From a virus, in the IMG/VR virus record IMGVR_UViG_3300013947_000112, positions 1 to 27,011 of that record: a DNA stretch of 27,011 bases. One strand, written 5' to 3'. The position numbers were made by a program, and so were the translations under genes. The notes under the pieces are model-generated. The model searched no databases, was not told the origin of the DNA, and saw nothing but the letters and a program-made list of their open reading frames with translations. This document shows positions 8,952-16,077 of the stretch, in pieces; position 1 is the first letter of the stretch, and every line of letters begins with the position of its first letter.

Positions 8952-11384
8952 ATGACACTTTTACAAATCACAAATACGATAAAGTCCATTTCACTGGCAC
9001 AACCTAACATACACAGTTTCGTTAATGAGTTTATTGACTTGAACTCATCCGATGCAAAATATTCTGCAATTATTCTTCAACAGATAACACACAGGAGAGA
9101 TAATGACTTCATCTCATATTCTTTTTATCTGGGGTATGCAGACAGACTGAATGAGGACAAATCAAATGAAATAGAAGTCCAGTCCACTGCCATACAGGTG
9201 ATTGACAATATAGTCTATGCACTTGAAAATCACAATCTTGACACTTCTATGGGTGCATATAACACATTCACTCAAAGATTTCTTGCGGAAGCGGCAGGTG
9301 CATATGTTGAACTGAATATAACAGTGCCTGTGGGAGAATGCACTGATGATTTCTCAAAGGAGGAACTCAATGTCAATATTGTGGCAAATGGTGAGTATAA
9401 CTATATTCCTACAGGTCTTGGTTTCTCATCTGTTCATTTGAATGTGGATGTGGCAAAGTTGCAGGACAAGGCACTGAATATCACAAAGAACGGACAATAT
9501 AATGTGAGATTTGACAAGGGTTATTCAGGTCTGGGAAATGTGGATGTGAATGTGGATGTTGATACCCAGTCTTACTATGATCAGGGTTATAGTGCAGGCA
9601 AGACAGAGGGAAAGGCAGAAGGAATTCAGCAGCAGAAGGACAAACTGACAGACATAGAAATCACTGAAAATGGCACATATACCAGAGAAGATGGTTATAA
9701 GTCTGTTGAGGTGAATGTGCCTGCTGATCAAAAACCAGAGACTGAACTGGCAAAGACACTGACTGAAAACAATGCATATGTCTTTACTCCTGATGATGGG
9801 ACTGTCTATAACAAGGTAAATATAACCACTGACATACACCCTACTGAAAAACTTGTGAGAAGATATGTGGAGAACAACACCTATATAATTGACGGTGAGT
9901 ATAACGGGGGTGAAATAACTGTCAATGTTCCTTCTTCTGTCCCTGATTTGAGAGAAACAGAAATTACTCCAGAGACAACTGAACAGATAATTGCACCAGA
10001 TGGTTTTGATGGTTATGACAAGATTACAGTTAAGGGAGTAGATGCCTCCATAGACAGTGATATAACTCCTGAAAACATAAAGTCAGGCGTGAATATTCTG
10101 GGTGTTGAAGGCACTCTTGAAGGAGTTCACAATCAGGATAAGACATGGAATATAACTGAAAATGGAACATACAATTATGGTCATGATGCAGGTTATACAG
10201 GGATTGAATATGTTTCGATTATAGTGAATGTGTCGGATACTTCAACATCAAACAGTCAGTGGACAGGTGTGGTTGATGAAAATGGTCTCACTGAACTTGG
10301 ATGGTCTCAAAATAATATAAATGAACTGAAAAATAATGTCAGGTGGTATAAGTGGAAGAGTCCTGATATGTTTGTTTCGACCTATGACAAATCCCTTGAT
10401 ATAAAGGCCGGTTATTCCAATGACACAGAAATGAAATACCCTAAATATTCTTCAATCATAAAATTGAGAACTGGTATGTTTAATAATTGCACAAGTCTCA
10501 TATCAGTTCCTTTATATGAAATAGACGGAACCACACTATTTTATACTTTTAATGGTTGTTCAAATTTGAGATATGTCCCTGCTTTTGACACGTCAGGAGT
10601 AACTAATTTTAGTTGGATGTTTAATGACTGTAAAAAACTCATATCTGTTCCTTCATTTGATACGGGTCATGCCATAGATTTATATTGTATGTTCAAAGGT
10701 TGCAGTTCATTAATTTCCGTGCCGCAGTTCAACACTATAAATGTGCAGACTTTCAATGACATGTTCAAAGACTGCACCAGTTTGAAAGAACCTCCACAGT
10801 TTAATATAACATCCGCAACAACTCTAGGGAGTATGTTTGAGAACTGCACGGAACTTGAATATGTGTACTTTGTCGGAAATCCTACTAAAATAGAGGAGAT
10901 ATCAAGTATCTGTCGGTCATGTAAGACAATACAGTCATTTCCTTCTCTTTCACTGACCGAATGCACAGGTTTCGAATATGCCTTTTATCAGTGTGATAAT
11001 TTGTTAAGAGTGGGAGAACTGTATGGAAAGAAAGGAAAATTTTATAGCAATATGTTTGAGAACTGCAAAAAATTGAAAGAGATAGGTGGTCTTGACTTGA
11101 CTTCATCACAAGATAATCAATGTATGTTCTTGAAATGCACTTCCTTGACTGACATCACATTTACAGGTTCAATAAATTACAGGATAGATTTCGATTACTG
11201 CCCGGAACTCACCTTTGACAGTATAAAATCAATCCTTACTGCCTGCTCAAAGACAACAAACACAAACCCAAAGACAGTATTTTTTAAGAGGACAATTCAA
11301 GATCAGAACAATGAACTGACCAATCTTGTTGTTTCTTGCACTGAAAAGGGATGGACAGTTTCTGGATTGACCATCTCTGCATAA
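8952..11384 (+). CDS. BspA/DUF285-type LRR fibre protein, paralog 2 (810 aa)
   Basis: ATG 8952 (MTLLQITN) is preferred; track start 8757 would overlap paralog 1 by 179 nt. About 8 NGxYxxxxxGYxxVxVNV units, then the linker WTGVVDENGLTELGW, about 10 LRR units (FDTSGVTNFSWMFNDCKKLISVP) and the same C-terminal cap. Confidence 0.75.
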   Translation: MTLLQITNTIKSISLAQPNIHSFVNEFIDLNSSDAKYSAIILQQITHRRDNDFISYSFYLGYADRLNEDKSNEIEVQSTAIQVIDNIVYALENHNLDTSMGAYNTFTQRFLAEAAGAYVELNITVPVGECTDDFSKEELNVNIVANGEYNYIPTGLGFSSVHLNVDVAKLQDKALNITKNGQYNVRFDKGYSGLGNVDVNVDVDTQSYYDQGYSAGKTEGKAEGIQQQKDKLTDIEITENGTYTREDGYKSVEVNVPADQKPETELAKTLTENNAYVFTPDDGTVYNKVNITTDIHPTEKLVRRYVENNTYIIDGEYNGGEITVNVPSSVPDLRETEITPETTEQIIAPDGFDGYDKITVKGVDASIDSDITPENIKSGVNILGVEGTLEGVHNQDKTWNITENGTYNYGHDAGYTGIEYVSIIVNVSDTSTSNSQWTGVVDENGLTELGWSQNNINELKNNVRWYKWKSPDMFVSTYDKSLDIKAGYSNDTEMKYPKYSSIIKLRTGMFNNCTSLISVPLYEIDGTTLFYTFNGCSNLRYVPAFDTSGVTNFSWMFNDCKKLISVPSFDTGHAIDLYCMFKGCSSLISVPQFNTINVQTFNDMFKDCTSLKEPPQFNITSATTLGSMFENCTELEYVYFVGNPTKIEEISSICRSCKTIQSFPSLSLTECTGFEYAFYQCDNLLRVGELYGKKGKFYSNMFENCKKLKEIGGLDLTSSQDNQCMFLKCTSLTDITFTGSINYRIDFDYCPELTFDSIKSILTACSKTTNTNPKTVFFKRTIQDQNNELTNLVVSCTEKGWTVSGLTISA

Positions 11385-11409
11385 TCCCACACACATATAT
11401 AAAACAAAA

Positions 11410-11438
11410 AAGAGAGACCATCACGGCTTCTCTTTTTT
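11410..11438 (+). terminator. Intrinsic terminator between convergent genes (possibly bidirectional)
   Basis: aagagag/cttctctt stem with one G.U on the + strand, plus cc/gg pairs, followed by T6. An A-run upstream could serve the minus-strand gene. Confidence 0.6.
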
Positions 11439-11464
11439 CATATACAAAAAATAAAACAATAAAA

Positions 11465-11926
11465 TTATGAAAAAAAGTTTTTGAACTTCATTATCAAATA
11501 TAACAAAATCAATAAATTGACACCCAGACTATACCACACCCACTTGGGAATGTATCTCACAGGTTTCTCAACTTCAACAGGTATTTCCTTATTTATGATC
11601 CTGTCCTTATACACAATCCTGTCCTTATACACAATCCTGCTCTTCACAGGTATGGTGTCCTTCTGTGTCAGTGTGCCTTTCAATGTGTGTGTGAGAGTAT
11701 CGACAAAAGAAATAGATTTTGCATATGTAGAATTCAAGACCAGTGTGTCATAAGCCGGAACCACATCAACCACTCTCTCTTTATTTATATAGGACACCAC
11801 CACACTGTCCCTCAACACCACACTGTCCCTCACATTCACTGTCTCCTTATTCTCCACAGGGACATACTTCACAGTTCCACACGAGACGGAGAACAACATC
11901 AAAATCAATATAATCAGTTTCTTCAT
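11465..11926 (-). CDS. Lipoprotein with a C-terminal TM helix (u-spanin-like topology, or an exclusion/moron lipoprotein)
   Basis: MKKLIILILMLFSVSC has a signal peptide with a lipobox-like Cys16. C-terminal WVWYSLGVNLLILLYLIM is followed by KFKNFFS. Internal repeats VRDSVV x2 and RIVYKD x2. It is the only convincing minus-strand gene. Confidence 0.6.
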   Translation of the reverse strand: MKKLIILILMLFSVSCGTVKYVPVENKETVNVRDSVVLRDSVVVSYINKERVVDVVPAYDTLVLNSTYAKSISFVDTLTHTLKGTLTQKDTIPVKSRIVYKDRIVYKDRIINKEIPVEVEKPVRYIPKWVWYSLGVNLLILLYLIMKFKNFFS

Positions 11927-12173
11927 TTTCTGTGCAGTGTTTTCATTTTTATCCCTATGCAGTCAAGCAGAAAGTCAAGTTTGTCATTGTCCTTCTTAAT
12001 AAAGTAAGATGGTCTCAGTCTCATCTCCCTTATGGACAACTCCTTCTGCCATTCAGTGTATTGTCTGTTTATTTCTTCAACCATATATTGATGTCCATAG
12101 TGTATTTATGTGAAAATATAAAAATCCCTTTTGTATCTCACGACAGAAAAGGGAAAGAAATATGAAAAATCTT

Positions 12174-12215
12174 TGTTATCTTTATAAATGTATGGGATCA
12201 AAAAAAAAAATGAAA
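12174..12215 (+). promoter_or_regulatory. Class-1 promoter-like module, copy a (TGTTATCTTTATAAATGTATGGGATC-A11-TGAAA)
   Basis: The 40 nt at 12176-12215 are identical to 12424-12463. The core TTATCTTTATAAAT recurs at 14412. Confidence 0.45.
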
Positions 12216-12394
12216 TTTGAACTCTCATAAATATAGTATGGCACAGTTATTGCAGTGTCATATATGAAGAATAATGATTGATTTGATGTCTCACTCCACA
12301 ATATGACAGATGATCAATGAGAAATATACAAGTTCAGTCTTTTCGAAACGGAAGTGGAGTGCCGGAGTAGAAAGATTGAACTTTTTTGTTTTGA
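12216..12394 (+). ncRNA. Candidate small non-coding transcript between promoter-like copy a and a + strand terminator
   Basis: The longest ATG ORFs here are 6-9 codons. It is bounded upstream by the duplicated module and downstream by a hairpin plus T-run at 12331-12394. Confidence 0.35.
12331..12394 (+). terminator. Intrinsic terminator-like hairpin
   Basis: agttcagtcttt (12331-12342) pairs with aaagattgaact (12371-12382). One G.U works only on the + strand. Followed by ttttttgtttt. The 28-nt loop is large for a terminator. Confidence 0.5.
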
Positions 12395-12423
12395 ATATAA
12401 TAAAAATTTAGTAATATGTATAA

Positions 12424-12463
12424 TTATCTTTATAAATGTATGGGATCAAAAAAAAAAATGAAA
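12424..12463 (+). promoter_or_regulatory. Class-1 promoter-like module, copy b
   Basis: Identical 40-mer to 12176-12215. About 28 nt of weaker similarity follows (ctcAcataaatata). Confidence 0.45.
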
Positions 12464-12503
12464 AATGATCTCACATAAATATATAGTAATAAGTTTATTT
12501 TAT

Positions 12504-12848
12504 ATGGAAATTACAGAAAAGACTATAAGTGATCTCATTCACAAGTGGGTGGAGATAAAGAAGAAGGACAGGGAATTCAATGAATTCTTTATGAAGTATA
12601 TGACAAGAAATGGAAAGGTAATGATATACACAGAAGAATTGGATTATGTAATTAAAATATCCTCACAAAAACTTGTATATAAAGTGAATCAAAATGATCT
12701 GAAATCAAAATATCCTGAAATATACAAGGAACTGCAAAATAACAATCTGAAATCAAAATATCCTGAAATATACAATGATTTGAAGGAACTTTATCTGAAA
12801 TCTTCTTCTGTAAGTCTAAAAAAATGTAAAAAAAAACAACAACCATAA
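12504..12848 (+). CDS. Hypothetical Lys-rich protein with an internal 16-aa tandem repeat
   Basis: The ORF is open from ATG 12465; ATG 12504 (MEITEKT) is the alternative if transcription starts after the upstream module. A perfect 31-nt direct repeat at 12697-12727 and 12745-12775 encodes LKSKYPEIY twice. Confidence 0.4.
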   Translation: MEITEKTISDLIHKWVEIKKKDREFNEFFMKYMTRNGKVMIYTEELDYVIKISSQKLVYKVNQNDLKSKYPEIYKELQNNNLKSKYPEIYNDLKELYLKSSSVSLKKCKKKQQP

Positions 12849-13045
12849 ATAAAGTGATGGACATTTTATGATTTTGATGTTTGTTATATTTATATGTAGA
12901 ATATGAAAAGACTGTCAAGAAAGTTTGGCACACTTTTTGTATATAAGTAAGTAAAAAACTGCTGGCAAGGTCATAAACCTTACTCAAACAGGGAAATCAC
13001 GATGAAAAAGTTTAGAACCTGTTTTTGCCGTAAATGAAACCATAG

Positions 13046-13308
13046 GGACATTATCGGGGCCAGAAATCCACAGTTTATAAAGTTCTATGAAATACACACT
13101 GTCTCACCGGCTGAGTTTATGAGCTAAGGGGGAGTGAGATCATAGCACCTGATAAGGCTATGCGGGAATAATCAAGACCATTGTGTGTATTGAAACGAGA
13201 ATGAGTTCTGTGGAAGGAGAAAGAGAAAGGATAACAAGTCCTTTTGAAAGTCCGGGTGAGACTGGATTTAGAAATTTTCTTCAAAAACTCTATGGGATTT
13301 CTGTGTCC
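13046..13308. ncRNA. Candidate structured RNA, ~260 nt, with nested long-range helices (strand unresolved)
   Basis: Nested pairings: ggaca 13046-50 / tgtcc 13304-08; cagaaatcc 13061-69 / ggatttctg 13295-303; gtctcaccgg 13101-10 / ccgGgtgagac 13252-62 (1-nt bulge); catagc 13141-46 / gctatg 13157-62. An extra 9-bp pairing 13091-99 / 13183-91 crosses these. All three stop codons occur in the frame I translated. Confidence 0.4.
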
Positions 13309-13399
13309 AATTCGTAGATAAAGATATTATATAAAGAAATAAAAAAGAATAATATAAATAAGTTCTTTATAAATAAATTTATTGATAAAAAGAATGTTA

Positions 13400-13497
13400 G
13401 GACATAAAGTCCAAGAGGTTTCTGCTTGTGTTTGAGATTTCACTACGTTCAATCTCACCGCTTAGCTGCTTCGCTGCTTCGCTAACACAACAGAAAC
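13400..13497. other. Structured module A
   Basis: ggac-ATAAA-gtcc (13400-12), then aagag. A 14-bp stem with a 1-nt bulge (13418-32 / 13484-97) encloses hairpin tgagatt/aatctca (13433-39 / 13451-57) and a tandem gctgcttc x2 (13465-80). Confidence 0.5.
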
Positions 13498-13701
13498 ATA
13501 TAAACGGAAAAAGAGAAATATTAGATAATCGCGCATGCGAGGCGAGGCCAGAAGTGTAAGGTATAAGAGACTGTCTGTTCTTTGAATGGATAGTCTTTCA
13601 CTGTATCATATAGTGTTATACTAAATAAAAAAGGTGTTATACAGAATTCTCTTATATAGACTGATAAGAATGATGTTATACTTATAGAGAATTCTATGTA
13701 A

Positions 13702-13779
13702 TGACCATAAAGGTCAAAGGACAATCCTTATTCCGCTCCTACGGAGTTTGTTCGCTTCGCTCACCTACATAAGGATTGT
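13702..13779. other. Structured module B (same architecture as A, different stem sequences)
   Basis: tgacc-ATAAA-ggtca (13702-16), then aagg. An 11-bp stem acaatccttat/ataaggattgt (13721-31 / 13769-79) encloses hairpin ctcc-tac-ggag (13736-46) and ttcgcttcgct (13751-61). Confidence 0.5.
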
Positions 13780-13918
13780 ATCTTATTGAACTTGTTGTAT
13801 AAGAATTTGATGTAAAAGTCTTTCATAGTCTGTTATAGAAAAGTTTATTTTATAAAAAGAAAGATTTTTATATATAATAGATGCTCATAAGTAAAAAGAC
13901 TACTATGGAAGTCTTTAT

Positions 13919-13958
13919 ACAGGATAAGATCCCCCAAGCCCTTATCCTGTTTTTTTTT
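13919..13958 (+). terminator. Intrinsic terminator inside the non-coding region
   Basis: acaggataag (13919-28) / cttatcctgt (13941-50), 12-nt loop, T9 tail. No ORF lies upstream, so it would end a non-coding + strand transcript. Confidence 0.7.
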
Positions 13959-14254
13959 ATCAACTCACTTCTGTTATTCAAAGAAAGACTGTCTCTCACT
14001 TCTGTTATAAAAGACAAACAACAATCTATAATTCCTGTTATTTCACTCATATAAGGGTATTACAGACACTTTCTCTTATTCAACCTATAATTATACCACC
14101 CCACCCTTATAAGCTCAAATAAACCCACTATGGTTATGAAATACAGGGTGTCCCTCACTTCTCTGTTATAGAGAATTATATTTTGTTCCTGATCTTTATT
14201 TCATAAGCAAAAAGTCTGTTATTCAACTCATTTCTGTTATTCAAAGAAAGACTG

Positions 14255-14358
14255 TTATTTGATGGATGGGGTGGTCTAAAATCAACTTATAGACCTTGAC
14301 TGGTATAATCCTACATTTCACTCCTATAAGTGTCTAAAAACCCACCATAATCACTAAA
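14255..14358 (+). repeat. 104-bp direct repeat, copy 1
   Basis: 101 of 104 identical to 15104-15207 by manual alignment. A degenerate partial copy lies at about 14041-14153. Confidence 0.9.
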
Positions 14359-14400
14359 TACAGGGTGTCTCATACAGGGTGTCTCATACAGGGATGTCTC
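14358..14400 (+). repeat. Tandem ATACAGGG(A)TGTCTC x3
   Basis: Units at 14358-71, 14372-85 and 14386-400. A single related copy atacagggtgtccc is at 14141-54. Each block is followed by tcacttctctgttat. Confidence 0.9.
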
Positions 14401-14409
14401 TCACTTCTC

Positions 14410-14425
14410 TGTTATCTTTATAAAT
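14410..14425 (+). promoter_or_regulatory. Class-1 motif copy c (TGTTATCTTTATAAAT), 22 nt before ATG 14447
   Basis: The 16-mer is identical to 12174-12189. Confidence 0.45.
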
Positions 14426-14446
14426 ACATAAAATAAAGAACTTGCT

Positions 14447-15082
14447 ATGAAAATAACCAGTATAGACTTTTCACTTGTCAGTCCAGCCATAACCAACTAT
14501 AATTCAACCACCCACACCTATGACTTCGTCTCATTCACTGCTGTCCCTACCTATCACTCATATGAGACATCAAAGAAATTCCAGACACACAGATCAATCT
14601 CACCTTATATAACCATAGTCCCTTATGTCCGTTCCATAGACAAATCCACCTACCAGACCACAGAGGAGACAAAAGTCCTTGATGCAATGTCCCTGTCTAA
14701 TCTCATAATCCACAAGATCAATGAATTTCACCCCGACATAGTAGCTATTGAAGGGTATAGTTTCGCATCACATTCCGCAAGCTATATTGATCTTGTCTCC
14801 TATCAGTCCATTCTCCGCTCACAGATAAAGAAATATGGTTATCCTTTGTATGTCATCTCACCCAGTCAAGGCAAAATGGCACTGTCCGGTAAAGGCAATG
14901 CAGACAAGATGACACAAATTCATTCATTTATTGAGAACAGGCCAGACATACCTTATATAGAAGAGAATTCATTATGGTGGTTTCTTCAAAGTTATATGAT
15001 CAATGAGAATAAACTCAAACCTGTTGATGATATTGTTGACTCTGTGGGAGTTCTTTTGTCAAGTCTCAAACACATTCAATAA
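14447..15082 (+). CDS. RuvC-like Holliday-junction resolvase (211 aa)
   Basis: MKITSIDFS (Asp7), VAIEGYSF (Glu102), ISPSQGKMALSGKGNADK (matches the RuvC p..vK....G.G.A.K pattern) and VDDIVDSVGV (D..D) line up with the four RuvC catalytic acidic positions. Confidence 0.7.
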   Translation: MKITSIDFSLVSPAITNYNSTTHTYDFVSFTAVPTYHSYETSKKFQTHRSISPYITIVPYVRSIDKSTYQTTEETKVLDAMSLSNLIIHKINEFHPDIVAIEGYSFASHSASYIDLVSYQSILRSQIKKYGYPLYVISPSQGKMALSGKGNADKMTQIHSFIENRPDIPYIEENSLWWFLQSYMINENKLKPVDDIVDSVGVLLSSLKHIQ

Positions 15083-15103
15083 AACCCTGTTACTGGAAGT
15101 CCC

Positions 15104-15207
15104 TTATTTGATGGATGGGGTGGTCTAAAATCAACTTATAGACCCTTACTGGTATAATCCTACCTTTCACTCCTATAAGTGTCTAAAAACCCACCATAAT
15201 CACTAAA
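15104..15207 (+). repeat. 104-bp direct repeat, copy 2
   Basis: See 14255-14358. The copies are 849 bp apart and bracket the resolvase gene. Confidence 0.9.
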
Positions 15208-15216
15208 CAGACCATA

Positions 15217-15264
15217 TGACATTTTGACAGTCTCACCTGACATTTTGACAATTTACATTTTCAC
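15217..15264 (+). promoter_or_regulatory. Operator-like direct repeats TGACATTTTGACA x2 plus TTTACATTTTCAC
   Basis: Exact 13-mers at 15217-29 and 15238-50 (21-bp spacing), and a degenerate third copy at 15252-64. They sit just upstream of the class-2 motif at 15271. Confidence 0.45.
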
Positions 15265-15270
15265 CCACAA

Positions 15271-15283
15271 TTATATATTACAG
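15271..15283 (+). promoter_or_regulatory. Class-2 motif TTATATATTACAG, 18 nt before ATG 15301
   Basis: Exact 13-mer shared with 3086 and 23531. Confidence 0.5.
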
Positions 15284-15300
15284 GTAAAGTTATAGTTTTT

Positions 15301-15567
15301 ATGGAACAGGAAATACAGATCACAAATAACGGAAAGTTTATCACACTTCAATGTGTAAAGGGACATAAAATCACTTCTTGGAATGAGGGTGACAGCATAG
15401 AGGACTTCAATGACTTCACTATAGCATATGTAGGTTTGAATGCAGACACCACAAAATTCCACTGCATTACTGATGATGAGAGTGCAAGACTTCATAAGGA
15501 GCTTGAAGAATTCCTTGATGAGAAGCACAGAAAAGAAGAAGAAGAAATGAATAAAGAACAAAACTAA
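15301..15567 (+). CDS. Hypothetical protein (88 aa, acidic C-terminus)
   Basis: ATG ORF. The antisense ORF 15271..15654 looks spurious. No family recognised. Confidence 0.5.
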   Translation: MEQEIQITNNGKFITLQCVKGHKITSWNEGDSIEDFNDFTIAYVGLNADTTKFHCITDDESARLHKELEEFLDEKHRKEEEEMNKEQN

Positions 15568-15573
15568 TTGACT

Positions 15574-15789
15574 ATGAAGACTATACCAGCAAATACACCA
15601 TTCCAGACCACTGCTGACAAGATATGTGCACTGACTGAAACCACACCTGCACATCTTTTATTTTCGGTAGATGGAAATACATATACTCAATGGTCAGATG
15701 CAATTCAGGAGAACAATGTGGTTATCTCAAACATTCCTGTGGGGACATTCCTGAAGTTTGATGTTCCTGTGACCGTAACTGATAAATAA
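15574..15789 (+). CDS. Hypothetical protein (71 aa)
   Basis: The track start 15568 is TTG; the first ATG is 15574. Follows the previous stop by 6 nt. Confidence 0.45.
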   Translation: MKTIPANTPFQTTADKICALTETTPAHLLFSVDGNTYTQWSDAIQENNVVISNIPVGTFLKFDVPVTVTDK

Positions 15790-15805
15790 GTATAAGTTTT
15801 TTGTT

Positions 15806-16060
15806 ATGGGAGAGATAATCAAGGAGAAATGGAGAAATAGTTTTTGGTTGAAGTTCTTGACTATCAGCTCCGTCATACTTATTGCAGTTTCATTTGTAAT
15901 TCCACCTATAGGAGAAATAAATTCATCTGTCCTTGCGGCAGTGGGAGAACTTGAAATCTTTGGTGTCCTATGGATTATATACAGGGCAATAGAGAAAGGC
16001 ACAGGTGCACATTTGAGCAAAGGAAATATAACAGTTGATATTGATAAAGAGAGAGAATAA
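15806..16060 (+). CDS. Putative holin (84 aa, two TM helices)
   Basis: FWLKFLTISSVILIAVSFVIPPI and VLAAVGELEIFGVLWIIYRAI, with a charged C-terminus. Lies immediately upstream of the endolysin. Confidence 0.5.
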   Translation: MGEIIKEKWRNSFWLKFLTISSVILIAVSFVIPPIGEINSSVLAAVGELEIFGVLWIIYRAIEKGTGAHLSKGNITVDIDKERE

Positions 16061-16077
16061 AGTCTCTCTCTTTTTTC
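16048..16077 (+). terminator. Intrinsic terminator overlapping the holin stop codon
   Basis: Perfect 9-bp stem agagagaga (16048-56) / tctctctct (16063-71), 6-nt loop, T6. Confidence 0.65.

Larger units (their letters stand above)
13614..14415 (+). repeat. Iteron-like field: 12 same-orientation TGTTAT sites
   Basis: TGTTATAC at 13614, 13635 and 13674. CTGTTAT at 13830, 13971, 14002, 14035, 14163, 14216, 14234, 14252 and 14409. Five of these extend to CTCAyTTCT(CT)GTTAT (13964, 13995, 14154, 14227, 14400). Confidence 0.8.

Noticed and set aside
11481-12007. + strand ORFs 11481..11753 and 11687..12007
   Set aside because: They overlap the minus-strand lipoprotein gene, which has a clear signal peptide and TM anchor. 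Their products are low-complexity mirror translations.
13298-13317. Cas12a repeat-like string ATTTCT...GTAGAT (possible RNA anti-CRISPR mimic)
   Set aside because: The would-be stem is tctgt/gtaga (two wobble pairs) with a 9-nt loop, instead of tctac-N4-5-gtaga. This is too degenerate to call without a host repeat to compare.
13418-13497. Integron attC-like site (imperfect inverted repeat with an extrahelical base)
   Set aside because: The arms start GTTTCTG and end CAGAAAC, the opposite polarity to RYYYAAC...GTTRRRY. There is no integron integrase.
12652-14050. Minus-strand ORFs 12652..12987, 13521..13724 and 13868..14050
   Set aside because: They are short, hydrophobic or low-complexity. 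They overlap a + strand ORF or cut across hairpins and the + strand terminator, and they have no start context or neighbours on that strand.
13830-14415. CRISPR array or mini-array
   Set aside because: The repeated 7-16-nt motifs have irregular spacing (about 20 to 170 bp). They lack the 28-37-nt repeat and spacer periodicity of CRISPR arrays.
12849-14446. Hidden coding region using a reassigned stop codon
   Set aside because: Translating from ATG 13002 meets TGA, TAA and TAG repeatedly within 300 nt. No suppressor tRNA is visible.
12849-14446. tRNA or tmRNA genes in the non-coding island
   Set aside because: No GGTTCGAAT/GTTCRANYC-type T-loop motif was found, and no cloverleaf of the right dimensions. 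Modules A and B have the wrong arm lengths.
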